64,000 nt of DNA, from contig JANMTS010000105.1 of NCBI GenBank assembly GCA_031390755.1, positions 64,007-128,006 on the forward strand, given 5' to 3'. Source of the stretch: Holophagales bacterium. GTDB taxonomy: Bacteria; Acidobacteriota; Thermoanaerobaculia; Multivoradales; UBA5704. Shown here piece after piece: positions 28,162-37,186 of the stretch (the stretch's first letter is position 1; the number at the start of each line of letters is the position of its first letter). The position numbers and the translations under genes were made by a program. The notes beneath the pieces are model-generated. The model was not told where the DNA came from. It did not search any database and was given only the letters and a program-made list of their open reading frames with translations.

Positions 28162-30468
28162 ATGAACGTACGCCGAGCTTCCGCCACCGCCACTATCGCC
28201 GGCATCACCGTCGTCGCCCTGCTCGCCTTCGCCGGCTTCGGTCAGGCTCAGCCGACCCTCTCGGAGCGCCAGCTCGACAACCTCGTCGCCTACACGCGGC
28301 TGCTCTCGCTCGTCCGTTTCTTCCATCCGTCGGACGCGGTGGCAGCGGCGGACTGGAGCAAGGTGGCGGTGGCGGGGGTTTCGCGGGTCCGGGATGCGGC
28401 GGACCCGGCGGAGCTTGCCTCGCGTCTGGAAGAGGTCTTCAGGCCTCTCGCTCCGACGTTGCGGGTCCGGCCTCGGGGGGAACGGCCGGAGACGCCTCCA
28501 GAGCTTCGGCCTCCCGCTTCTGATTCGCGCATCGTGGCCTGGCGGCACTTCGGCGGCGACTTCGGGGCTGATCGCAAGGTCTTCACCAGCGAGCGGATCG
28601 ACGACCAGACTCCGCCCGGCTTTGGCACGATGGCCCAGGCCGTGCTGCCCGGGCCGCTCAAGGGCAAGAGGATCCGGCTCCGCGCCTGGGTCAAGGCGGA
28701 AATGATGGGCGACGGTCGCGTTCAGCTCGGCCTGCGGGTCGATCGGGCCGGCGGCCAGGTCGGATTCTTCGACAACATGGCGGACCGTCCGCTGCGCACC
28801 ACTCCCTGGAAGCTGGTCGAGATCGAAGGCGACGTGGCTCCGGACGCCGAGAGGATCCTCGTCATGGTGGTGGTGACGGGCGGCGGCATGGTAAGGCTCG
28901 ACGAGGTCTCCCTCGCGGCGACCGACGGCAGGGGGCGGCAGGTTCTCCTCAATCCCGGCTTCGACGACGGCCAGCCCGGGGCTCCGCCGCCCGGCTGGCT
29001 CTTTCCCTACGAGTCGATCCGCGCCGGGTACGCGCTGACCCTTCGACGGGTGGACCAGTGCCGGGCCGGTGCCTGCCACGGAGCGTCCGCAGACTACATC
29101 GCCATGAGCGCTCCGCTGGTGTCGGTCTGCCGGACGGGCAGTTGCGCCGAGATCAGCAGCACCTCGATCGCCACTCCCACCTTCGTCAGGCCTGACCAGG
29201 TCAGGCAGGAGGATCTGGGCGGCGGCGTGACGGCCTGGCTGCCAGTCGCTCTCTACGCCGACCGCCAGGGGACGCTGCCTCGGTCTCCGTCCCCGGCGTT
29301 TCCGGGAATCGACGTGGCCGTCGACACCGCGGACACGCGCATGGCGGCGGCGGCGCTTGCCTGGGGCATCCTTCAGAATCTGCATCCCGAGCTGAAGAGG
29401 GAGGATCCGGCCTGGCTCCAGGCCTTGCGGTCCGTGCTGACCGCGGCGGCGGTCTCGGACCCGGAGGAGTTTTCCCGCATCGCCCGCACGCTGCTGGTGC
29501 CGCTCCACGACTCCCGGGCGTCCTTCTTCCGTCGAGACAATTCCGCGCGGCCCCTGGCGCTTCCTCTGACCTGGGAGTGGCTCGAAGGGCAGCTCGTCGT
29601 CACCGGTGTCGCGCAGGACGTGGCGGGGGGCGTGAAAGACATCCGGGTCGGGGACGTCGTCGAAGCGCTGGACGGCAAGTCCGCCGAGGAGGCCCTCGCG
29701 GCGGTGGAGGCTCGGACGTCCGCGGGCACGCCGGAGGGGCGGCGGTGGATGGCCCTGCAGGAGACGCTTTGGGGTCCGGCGGACTCGCGGGTGGCTCTTC
29801 GCCTCAAGACCGGAGCGGAGGTCGTCCTCGCGCGGACCGTGGCTCCGGGCGCGCGGCCCGCGGGCACGCCGCTGCCGAAGGTCTCGGAGCCCCGACCGGG
29901 CGTCGTCTATGTGGATCTCTCCCGGGTCGGCGACGAGGAGTTGGAGTCCCTGTCGCCGCGGCTGACGGCAGCCAAGGGGCTGATCTTCGACCTGAGAGGC
30001 GGAACCGAAGTCTCGACCGTGCTGCTGTCTCACCTGATCGATCACACGGCGGCCAGCTCAAACTGGCAGGTGCCGGTGGTGATGGAACCGGATTTTCGCG
30101 AGGTCAAGTGGCTGACCACGGTCTGGACCATCGAGCCGAAGGCGCCGCGCTACAAGGGAAAGGTCGCATTCCTGACGGACGGCCGCGCTGACGGATACGC
30201 CGAGACCCTGCTCGGTATGATCGAGGCCTACCGGCTGGGCGAGCGGGTGGGTGCCCGTTCGGGAGGCAGCAACGGCAGCTTCAACTGGAGCGACCTGCCT
30301 GGAGGCTGGAGGCTGATGTGGAGCGGCCAGCGCGTGCTCAAGCACGACGAATCGCCGCTGCAAGGCGTGGGCGTGGCGCCCACCCATCCGGCGGCCCGCA
30401 CCCTTCACGGCGTGGCGGCGGGCCGGGACGAGATCGTGGAGCGCGCGGTGGCGGTCGTGGGCGGCTGA
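28162..30468 (+). CDS. S41 (C-terminal processing/tricorn-core) peptidase-like protein with PDZ-like region; catalytic motifs appear degenerate
   Basis: ORF track, 768 aa with a signal peptide. GLIFDLRGG and VAFLTDGRADGYAETLLGMIE align by eye with the S41 DLRxNxGG and SASASE motifs. Confidence 0.6.
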   Translation: MNVRRASATATIAGITVVALLAFAGFGQAQPTLSERQLDNLVAYTRLLSLVRFFHPSDAVAAADWSKVAVAGVSRVRDAADPAELASRLEEVFRPLAPTLRVRPRGERPETPPELRPPASDSRIVAWRHFGGDFGADRKVFTSERIDDQTPPGFGTMAQAVLPGPLKGKRIRLRAWVKAEMMGDGRVQLGLRVDRAGGQVGFFDNMADRPLRTTPWKLVEIEGDVAPDAERILVMVVVTGGGMVRLDEVSLAATDGRGRQVLLNPGFDDGQPGAPPPGWLFPYESIRAGYALTLRRVDQCRAGACHGASADYIAMSAPLVSVCRTGSCAEISSTSIATPTFVRPDQVRQEDLGGGVTAWLPVALYADRQGTLPRSPSPAFPGIDVAVDTADTRMAAAALAWGILQNLHPELKREDPAWLQALRSVLTAAAVSDPEEFSRIARTLLVPLHDSRASFFRRDNSARPLALPLTWEWLEGQLVVTGVAQDVAGGVKDIRVGDVVEALDGKSAEEALAAVEARTSAGTPEGRRWMALQETLWGPADSRVALRLKTGAEVVLARTVAPGARPAGTPLPKVSEPRPGVVYVDLSRVGDEELESLSPRLTAAKGLIFDLRGGTEVSTVLLSHLIDHTAASSNWQVPVVMEPDFREVKWLTTVWTIEPKAPRYKGKVAFLTDGRADGYAETLLGMIEAYRLGERVGARSGGSNGSFNWSDLPGGWRLMWSGQRVLKHDESPLQGVGVAPTHPAARTLHGVAAGRDEIVERAVAVVGG

Positions 30469-30480
30469 GGCTCCGCAGTC

Positions 30481-30888
30481 TCAAGTCCGCGCCGCGGCCC
30501 GCCGCCCATCGATCCACTCGCGGGCCGCGCGCTCGTGGTCGAAGAACTCGGTATCGAACCGCACATCCTTGCGGAACAGCTTCATGCCGGTGAACACGAG
30601 CTTGGCCATGACCTTGGAAGAGAGCCGCGCGCGGCAGACGGCGACGCCCCGGACGGGCATCCGGGTCAGCGTCTCCGACGTGACCTTGCGGCCGGCCGGC
30701 GTGCCGCTCCCGAACCCGGTCATGTCGACGAGCATGTAGATGACGTCCCGGCCGCGGGCCATCTCGGCATGAACCATCGCGAGCGCCTCACTCTCCTCCA
30801 GGGACACATCCCCCTTCAGGCGCAGTCCGATCAGGTCGGGCTCTTCAAACCAGGTGGCATGGGAACCGACCGGCTGAATCTCGGGCAT
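30481..30888 (-). CDS. hypothetical protein (STAS/SpoIIAA-like?)
   Basis: ORF 30481..30957 trimmed to ATG 30888-30886, preceded by AAGGAGGAGG. 135 aa. Confidence 0.55.
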   Translation of the reverse strand: MPEIQPVGSHATWFEEPDLIGLRLKGDVSLEESEALAMVHAEMARGRDVIYMLVDMTGFGSGTPAGRKVTSETLTRMPVRGVAVCRARLSSKVMAKLVFTGMKLFRKDVRFDTEFFDHERAAREWIDGRRAAART

Positions 30889-30953
30889 CCCCTCCTCCTT
30901 CAGGCGACGTTGATCGCAGGATGCCACTACGATAGGGATAGCCGGACCGGTTT

Positions 30954-30992
30954 TCAACCCCGCCGTTGACAGTGCTCAACCCCGCCGTTGAC
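30954..30992 (+). promoter_or_regulatory. two tandem copies of the palindromic 17-mer TCAACCCCGCCGTTGAC (22-nt spacing) in the lysine-operon promoter region; embedded -35-like TTGACA/TTGACG
   Basis: Copies at 30954-30970 and 30976-30992. Each is TCAAC-N6-GTTGA. TTGACG (30988-30993), 17 nt, then TACGCT (31011-31016), with the ATG at 31026 and no Shine-Dalgarno sequence. Confidence 0.45.
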
Positions 30993-31025
30993 GGCTCGCC
31001 GGGGCGCGGCTACGCTCCTCCTCCC

Positions 31026-32072
31026 ATGGATCTCCTTGCGCTGACGCGCGCGCTGATCGACATCGAGTCGGTGACGGGCAACGAGCGGGCCGTCGGAGAG
31101 TTTCTCTTCGACTACCTCTCCGCCCTGGCGTCCCGGACCGGGGGCCGGGTGGAGCGCATGACGGTGGACCGGGAGCGGTTCAACCTCTTCGCCTTCTGGG
31201 GCTCTCCCGAGGTCGTGCTTTCGACCCACATGGACACCGTGCCGCCGTTCTTCCCCTCGTCGGAGGATGAGGAGCACGTCCATGGCCGCGGGGCCTGCGA
31301 CGCGAAGGGGATTCTCGCGGCGATGATCAAGGCCGTCGAGGCGCTGCTCGACGAGGGGCGGCACGGATTCGGGCTGCTGATCGTGGTCGGCGAGGAGACC
31401 GACAGCCTCGGCGCCCAGGTGGCGAACCGGCAGCCGCGGGGGGCGCGCTTCCTGATCAACGGCGAGCCCACCGAGAACCGGCTGGCTCTCGGCTCCAAGG
31501 GCGCCCTCTATCTGAAGATCGAGGCGCGGGGCCGAATGGCTCACTCCGCCTATCCGGAGCTGGGGGAGTCCGCCACCGACCGGCTGCTCGAGGCGCTCGC
31601 CCGGCTCCGGACCGTGCCGCTTCCCACCGATCCGGTTCTCGGGGAGACGACGATCAACGTGGGCACGCTCTCCGGCGGCCGGGCCGCCAACGTGGTGGCG
31701 GACGAGGCGCGGGCCGAGGTCATGATCCGAACGGTCGGCGAGACGGCCGAGCTTCGGGAGCGGCTGCACGCGGCGGTGACCTCGGTTGCCGGCGTTTCCG
31801 TGGCCGAGGAGCGCGAGAGCCGCGCCGTCCATCTTGGCTCGCTGCCCGGGTTCGACACCACGGTGGTCAAGTACACCACCGACATTCCGCGCCTCGGCGC
31901 CTGGGGCGAGCCGTTCCTGCTCGGCCCGGGAAGCATTCATGTGGCCCACACCTCCACCGAGCGGGTGCCCCGGAAAGAGCTCGAACAAGCGGTCCAGCTG
32001 TACGTAGAGATGGTGAAGGCGCTTACAAACCTAGAGATTCGACGGCAGGAAGGCAGCCATGAAGAAGATTGA
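31026..32072 (+). CDS. M20-family metallopeptidase, DapE/ArgE-like (probable succinyl-diaminopimelate desuccinylase by context)
   Basis: ORF 30966..32072 trimmed to ATG 31026 ([20 protein letters not shown]). [16 protein letters not shown] and GEETDS motifs. First gene of the asd-lysC-dapBAD cluster. Confidence 0.75.
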   Translation: MDLLALTRALIDIESVTGNERAVGEFLFDYLSALASRTGGRVERMTVDRERFNLFAFWGSPEVVLSTHMDTVPPFFPSSEDEEHVHGRGACDAKGILAAMIKAVEALLDEGRHGFGLLIVVGEETDSLGAQVANRQPRGARFLINGEPTENRLALGSKGALYLKIEARGRMAHSAYPELGESATDRLLEALARLRTVPLPTDPVLGETTINVGTLSGGRAANVVADEARAEVMIRTVGETAELRERLHAAVTSVAGVSVAEERESRAVHLGSLPGFDTTVVKYTTDIPRLGAWGEPFLLGPGSIHVAHTSTERVPRKELEQAVQLYVEMVKALTNLEIRRQEGSHEED

Positions 32073-33108
32073 AGTCGGCATCCTGGGCGCCACCGGCACG
32101 GTGGGGCAGCGGTTCATCCAGATCCTGGAGAACCATCCCTGGTTCGAGGTGACCTGGCTCTCGGCCAGCGACCGCAGCGCCGGCAAGCGCTATGGCGACG
32201 CCACGTCGTGGCAGCTCGAAGGGGCGCCGCCGTCCCGCATTGCCGGCCTGACGGTCGAGGAGACGGTGCCCGGGCGCGGGCCGAAGCTGGTGTTCTCGTC
32301 CATGGCCTCGAGCCAGGCCGCGGAGATCGAGCGCGCCTTTGCGGCCGAGGGGCACATCGTGGTCTCCAACTCCAGCCACTACCGGATGGCGGAGGACGTC
32401 CCGCTGCTCATCCCCGAGGTCAATCCCGGCCATCTGGGGCTCCTCGCGGGCCAGCGGCGCGAGCGCGGCTGGAGCGGCGCCATCATCACGAATCCGAACT
32501 GCGCGGCGGTCGGACTGACCATGGCGCTCGCCCCGCTCAAGCCGTTCGGGCTCATGCACGCGATGGTGACGACCTTCCAGGCGGTCTCCGGCGCCGGCTA
32601 TCCGGGCGTGCCGTCCCTGGACGCGCTCGGCAACGTCATTCCTTATATAGGGGGCGAGGAGGAGAAGGTCGAGTCCGAGCCGCAGAAGATGCTCGGCGAC
32701 CTGGCCGGGGATCGCATCGAGCCGATCCCGCTGGTGATCAGCGCGAGCTGCAACCGGGTGCCGGCGATCGACGGCCACATGGTCGCCATGAGCCTGGAGT
32801 TCGAGCGCCGGCCGGAGCGCGAGGAGCTGATCGAGGCCCTCACCGGTTTCCGCGGCCTGCCCCAGGAGCGCGAGCTGCCGACCGCGCCGCGCCGGCCGAT
32901 CCACGTGATGGAGGCGCCGGACCGGCCGCAGACGCGCAAGGACGTGAACCTCGAAGGCGGCATGGCCACGGCCGTGGGGCGCATCCGCGAGTGCTCGGTC
33001 TTCCACTGGAAGCTCGTGGCGCTCTGCCACAACGTGATGCGCGGTGCGGCCGGCGCGGCCGTGCTCAATGCGGAATTGATGAAGAGCGAGGGACTGCTCG
33101 ACTCATGA
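32059..33108 (+). CDS. asd: aspartate-semialdehyde dehydrogenase
   Basis: ORF track, 349 aa. [14 protein letters not shown], active-site NPNCAAV, and QAVSGAGY. Confidence 0.93.
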   Translation: MKKIEVGILGATGTVGQRFIQILENHPWFEVTWLSASDRSAGKRYGDATSWQLEGAPPSRIAGLTVEETVPGRGPKLVFSSMASSQAAEIERAFAAEGHIVVSNSSHYRMAEDVPLLIPEVNPGHLGLLAGQRRERGWSGAIITNPNCAAVGLTMALAPLKPFGLMHAMVTTFQAVSGAGYPGVPSLDALGNVIPYIGGEEEKVESEPQKMLGDLAGDRIEPIPLVISASCNRVPAIDGHMVAMSLEFERRPEREELIEALTGFRGLPQERELPTAPRRPIHVMEAPDRPQTRKDVNLEGGMATAVGRIRECSVFHWKLVALCHNVMRGAAGAAVLNAELMKSEGLLDS

Positions 33109-33125
33109 GAGGAAGATCCGTCTTT

Positions 33126-33183
33126 CTCCCTCTCCCCCGGCACGGGGGAGAGGGCCGGGGAGAGGGGGGATGGGATCAATGGT
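33126..33183. repeat. family 1 hairpin element, copy C
   Basis: CCCTCTCCCCCG-gca-CGGGGGAGAGGG hairpin (33128-33154) followed by CCGGGGAGAGGGGGGATGGGATCAATGG, between asd and lysC. Confidence 0.8.
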
Positions 33184-34504
33184 GGTCATGAAGTTTGGCG
33201 GCAGCTCGGTCGGCTCTGCCGAGTCGATCGCTCGCGTTGCGGGCATCGTCCTCAGCCAGCGGCACCGCGACCCGGTGATCGTAGTCTCCGCCATGGGGAA
33301 GACGACCAGCAAGCTGCTCGCGGCGGCCGATGCCGCGGCGGCTGGTCTGCCGAGCGCCTGGAAGCTGGTCCAGGATCTCCAGACCTACCATCGGGATGAG
33401 GCCAACGGCTGTATTCCGGACGACGCCCTCCCGTGTATCGACTCCACCCTGGACAGCTACTTCGGCATGCTGCGGATCATCCTCAAACGGATCGCTTCCG
33501 AGGGAACGGTCACTCCCCGCGACGCCGACCTCGTCGCCAGCTTCGGCGAGCTGCTCGCCAGCGCCATCGTCTCCCAGGCTCTGGATGAGACCGAGGGCCT
33601 CGACTCCGCCTGGGTCGACTGCCGCGAGGTCATGATCACGGACGATCAGTTCACCCGCGCCCGGCCGATCTACGAGCTGACCGAGCCGCGGCTGCGCGAG
33701 ACGCTGATCCCGATCCTCCAGCAAGGCTGCGTGCCCGTGCTCGGCGGCTACGTGGGCTCGACGGCCGACGGCGTCACCACCACGCTCGGCTTCGAAGGCT
33801 CGGACTTTTCCGCCGCCATTGTCGGGGCCGCGCTCGGCGCCGAGGAGGTCCAGATCTGGACCGACGTGGACGGCATGCTGACCGCCGACCCGCGGATCGT
33901 GGCGGACGCGCGGCCCATCCGCTCGCTCTCCTTCGCGGAGGCCCTGGAGCTGTCCAGCTCGGGCCTCAAGAAACCGCACTGGGGGACGCTCGGACCGGCG
34001 AGCCGCGCGGACGTGCCCATCCGCATCCTCAACTCCTGGCACCAGGGCATCCGGGGGACGGTCATCGGTCGGAGGGATGGCGAGACGGGCATCAAGTCCA
34101 TCGCCTGGAAGCCCGGCGCCCACCGGCTCACGGTGCGCGGGAGCGGCATCCTGCGCGCGGTGTTCGACGCGGTCGACCGCTTCCGCCCGGAGCTGACCGT
34201 TCTGCTCGTCGAGGACGCCGCGGTCGAGCTGTCTCTCGACCACGCGGACCGGCTGGAAGAGGTTCGCGCTGCGCTCGCGGACGCCGGAGAGGTCGAGGTT
34301 CAGGAGGGACGCGCCGTCGTGACGCTGGTCTCCGACGACCTCGCCGTCAGCTCCGAGCTGGTGGGGACGGTGTTCGCGGCCGCCCGCGACTGGGAGCCGC
34401 GGCTGCTCGTCGAGGGCGTGGCCGCGCCGTGCATCCGCTGCCTGGTCGAGGAAACGACGGCGGAGCAGGTCGTGGCCGAGCTGCACAGGAGGTTGTTCGC
34501 ATGA
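33179..34504 (+). CDS. lysC: aspartate kinase
   Basis: ORF 33170..34504. The first ATG lies inside the repeat element, so I prefer MVVMKFGGSSVGS at 33179. KFGGSS and VVSAMGKTT motifs; C-terminal ACT region. Confidence 0.92.
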   Translation: MVVMKFGGSSVGSAESIARVAGIVLSQRHRDPVIVVSAMGKTTSKLLAAADAAAAGLPSAWKLVQDLQTYHRDEANGCIPDDALPCIDSTLDSYFGMLRIILKRIASEGTVTPRDADLVASFGELLASAIVSQALDETEGLDSAWVDCREVMITDDQFTRARPIYELTEPRLRETLIPILQQGCVPVLGGYVGSTADGVTTTLGFEGSDFSAAIVGAALGAEEVQIWTDVDGMLTADPRIVADARPIRSLSFAEALELSSSGLKKPHWGTLGPASRADVPIRILNSWHQGIRGTVIGRRDGETGIKSIAWKPGAHRLTVRGSGILRAVFDAVDRFRPELTVLLVEDAAVELSLDHADRLEEVRAALADAGEVEVQEGRAVVTLVSDDLAVSSELVGTVFAAARDWEPRLLVEGVAAPCIRCLVEETTAEQVVAELHRRLFA

Positions 34505-35211
34505 ACGGACTGGCGTTGATCGGCACCGGCCGCATGGGCAAGCTCGTGGAAGAGCTGGCGCCCGCGCACGGCTTCGAGGTCGTCCTTCGCCTGGACAGCA
34601 CGCACCAGGAGATCGACAACGATGTCGTCGAGGCGGTGGACGTGGCCATCGACTTCACCAACGCGGCGGCCGTGCCGGCCACGGTCGAGAAGCTCGCCGC
34701 GCTCGGCGTCCCGCTCGTCGTGGGGACGACCGGCTGGCAGGACGACCTGGACCGGGTGCGGCAGTCCATCGAGCGCCATCACGCCGAAGGCGCGGGCCTG
34801 ATCTACGGCGCCAACTTCTCGATCGGCGTGCAGGTTTTCTACAAGCTGGCCGGAGCCGCCGCCGCGCTCCTCGCGGACGAGACGGCGTACGAGGCCTGGG
34901 TCTACGAGATCCACCACAGCAAGAAGAAGGACGCGCCGTCCGGCACCGCGCTCCAGATCCGCTCCGTGCTGGAGCGGGGCGGCTGGGACCGGCCGGTCGA
35001 CATGGCCAGCAACCGGGCCGGCTCCATCCCCGGCACCCATCAGGTCGGGTTCGATTCGGACGCTGATACCATCACCCTTCAGCACACCGCCCGCAGCCGG
35101 GCCGGATTCGCGCACGGGGCCCTGAGAGCCGCGCGCTGGATGATCGGCCGGCAGGGCTTCTACGAGTTCAGCCATGTCTGGGAGGAGATCGTCGGCTCCT
35201 CCCGTCCCTGA
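34501..35211 (+). CDS. dapB: 4-hydroxy-tetrahydrodipicolinate reductase
   Basis: ORF 34429..35211 trimmed to ATG 34501 (ATGA overlap with the lysC stop). GTGRMGK, VGTTGW and EIHHSKKKDAPSGTA motifs. Confidence 0.9.
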   Translation: MNGLALIGTGRMGKLVEELAPAHGFEVVLRLDSTHQEIDNDVVEAVDVAIDFTNAAAVPATVEKLAALGVPLVVGTTGWQDDLDRVRQSIERHHAEGAGLIYGANFSIGVQVFYKLAGAAAALLADETAYEAWVYEIHHSKKKDAPSGTALQIRSVLERGGWDRPVDMASNRAGSIPGTHQVGFDSDADTITLQHTARSRAGFAHGALRAARWMIGRQGFYEFSHVWEEIVGSSRP

Positions 35212-35222
35212 AAGGCCTTCTC

Positions 35223-36173
35223 ATGTCTTCCCAGATCCTTCGAGGCTGCGGCACCGCGCTCATCACCCCGTTCAAGCCTGATCTCTCGCTCGACGAGGAG
35301 GCCCTGCGCCGTCTCGTCCGCCGGCAGATCGAGTCGGGCATCCACTTTCTCGTCCCCTGCGGCACCACCGGCGAGAACCCCACGCTCACCCGCGCGGAGC
35401 ACCTGCGGGTCGTCGAGATCACGATCGAGGAGGCCCGGGCCTCCTCGCGGCACGTGCCGGTCGTGGGCGGCGCCGGCGGCAACGACACGCGCGAGGTCGT
35501 GAAGCTCGCCCGCGAGGTCGAAGCGCTCGGAGCGGACGGCCTGCTGGTCGTCACCCCGTTCTACAACAAGCCCACGCCCGAGGGCCTCTTCGCGCACTAC
35601 CGCGAGGTCTCGAACGCCACGAAGCTGCCGATCGTGGTCTACAACGTGCCGGGCCGTACCGGCCTGAACGTCGAGCCCGCCACGCTCGGCCGGCTGGCGA
35701 CGATCGACCGGGTCGTGGCGGTCAAGGAGGCGTCCGGCAACATCTCCCAGATGTCGCAGATCTTCCAGGCCGTGCCGGAGGGCTTCGCGGTCCTCTCGGG
35801 CGACGATGCCATCACCCTGCCGCTCATCGCGCTCGGCGGCGTCGGCCTGATCTCGGTCGCGTCGAACGAGGTGCCCTACGCCATGTCGCGCCTGACCTCG
35901 CTCTGCCTGAAGGGGGACTTCCCCGCGGCGCGCGAGCTGCACCGCCGGCTGCACGCGCTCATGGACATCAACTTCATCGAGTCCAACCCCGGCCCGGTCA
36001 AGGCCGCGATGGGGATGATGGGCCTGATCGAGCCGATCTACCGCCTGCCCGCGGTGGCGCCGCGGCCGGAGAGCGCGAAGAAGATCGAGACCGTGCTTGC
36101 CGACCTCGGCCTGATCCCCGGCGGCTCCGTCACGAGCATCGAGACCCCCGTCGAGGAACCCGTGAATGACTGA
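35223..36173 (+). CDS. dapA: 4-hydroxy-tetrahydrodipicolinate synthase
   Basis: ORF track, 316 aa. GTALITPF, PCGTTGE, TPFYNKP and VVAVKEASG motifs. Confidence 0.93.
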   Translation: MSSQILRGCGTALITPFKPDLSLDEEALRRLVRRQIESGIHFLVPCGTTGENPTLTRAEHLRVVEITIEEARASSRHVPVVGGAGGNDTREVVKLAREVEALGADGLLVVTPFYNKPTPEGLFAHYREVSNATKLPIVVYNVPGRTGLNVEPATLGRLATIDRVVAVKEASGNISQMSQIFQAVPEGFAVLSGDDAITLPLIALGGVGLISVASNEVPYAMSRLTSLCLKGDFPAARELHRRLHALMDINFIESNPGPVKAAMGMMGLIEPIYRLPAVAPRPESAKKIETVLADLGLIPGGSVTSIETPVEEPVND

Positions 36174-37005
36174 GCTCCGGGAGCGGATCGAAGCCCTTTT
36201 TGCCAATCCCCCCGCGGCTCCCGGCCAGGAGCACCTCGACCTTTTCCAGCGGTTCAAGGACGCCCTGAACCGGGGAGACATCCGCGCCGCCGAGCCCGAT
36301 CCGGACTCGGCCGTGGGCTGGAAGGTGAACCCCTGGGTCAAGCAGGGCATCCTCCTCGGCTTCCGCCTGGGCAAGATCGTGGATCTCTCGGTGGGAACGC
36401 TCCCGTTCTTCGACAAGGACACCTACCCGCTCCGTCCCCTGACGCCGGACGCGGGAGTCCGCATCGTGCCCGGAGGCTCGTCCATCCGCGACGGCGTCTA
36501 CCTGGGCAAGGGCGTGACCTGCATGCCGCCGATGTACATCAACGCCGGAGCCTGGGTGGACGACGGCACCCTGGTCGACTCCCACGCCCTGGTGGGAAGC
36601 TGCGCCCAGGTCGGCAAGCGAGTCCACCTCTCCGCCGCCGCCCAGCTCGGCGGCGTGCTGGAGCCGGTCGGAGCCCTCCCGGTCATCGTGGAGGACGACG
36701 TGCTGATCGGCGGCAACTGCGGCGTCTACGAAGGCACCATCGTGAAGCGCCGAGCCGTCCTCGGCTCCGGAGTCATCCTCACCCGCTCGACCCCCGTCTA
36801 CGACCTCGTGAAAGAGACCATCCACCGCGCCGAGGAAGGCCAGCCGCTGGTGATCCCCGAGGAAGCCGTCGTGGTCCCCGGCAGCCGGAACGTCACCCGC
36901 GGCAAGGGCAAGGAGTGGGGCGTCTCGCTCTACACGCCGGTCATCGTGAAGTACCGGGATGAGTCCACGGACGAGCGGGCGATGCTGGAGGACTGGCTGC
37001 GGTAG
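36166..37005 (+). CDS. dapD: 2,3,4,5-tetrahydropyridine-2,6-dicarboxylate N-succinyltransferase
   Basis: ORF track, 279 aa. Hexapeptide-repeat core and C-terminal ...KYRDESTDERAMLEDWLR, typical of DapD. Confidence 0.88.
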   Translation: MTELRERIEALFANPPAAPGQEHLDLFQRFKDALNRGDIRAAEPDPDSAVGWKVNPWVKQGILLGFRLGKIVDLSVGTLPFFDKDTYPLRPLTPDAGVRIVPGGSSIRDGVYLGKGVTCMPPMYINAGAWVDDGTLVDSHALVGSCAQVGKRVHLSAAAQLGGVLEPVGALPVIVEDDVLIGGNCGVYEGTIVKRRAVLGSGVILTRSTPVYDLVKETIHRAEEGQPLVIPEEAVVVPGSRNVTRGKGKEWGVSLYTPVIVKYRDESTDERAMLEDWLR

Positions 37006-37186
37006 GAAGGCTCGCCAGTCGGGGGCTGACCTGTCCAGGGTGGGCGCGCTTCCTATACACGTCACTCCCTTGTACGCGAACAAGAACAGGCCGCTTGTTG
37101 CATTCCTCGCTGCTGGAAGCTACATTACCGTAGAAATACGGAAAGGGGGCGTGCATCGACATGCGTGCCTCCAAGCGAGGTTCTTG

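Noticed and set aside
28003-30045. 680-aa minus-strand ORF opposite the S41-like gene
   Set aside because: Arg/Pro/Gly-rich shadow frame. The + frame has a signal peptide and S41-like blocks.
33109-33178. Lysine (L-box) riboswitch upstream of lysC or of the operon
   Set aside because: The gaps (about 70 nt before lysC, about 137 nt before the dapE-like gene) are too short. They are occupied by the family 1 hairpin and the 17-mer pair respectively.
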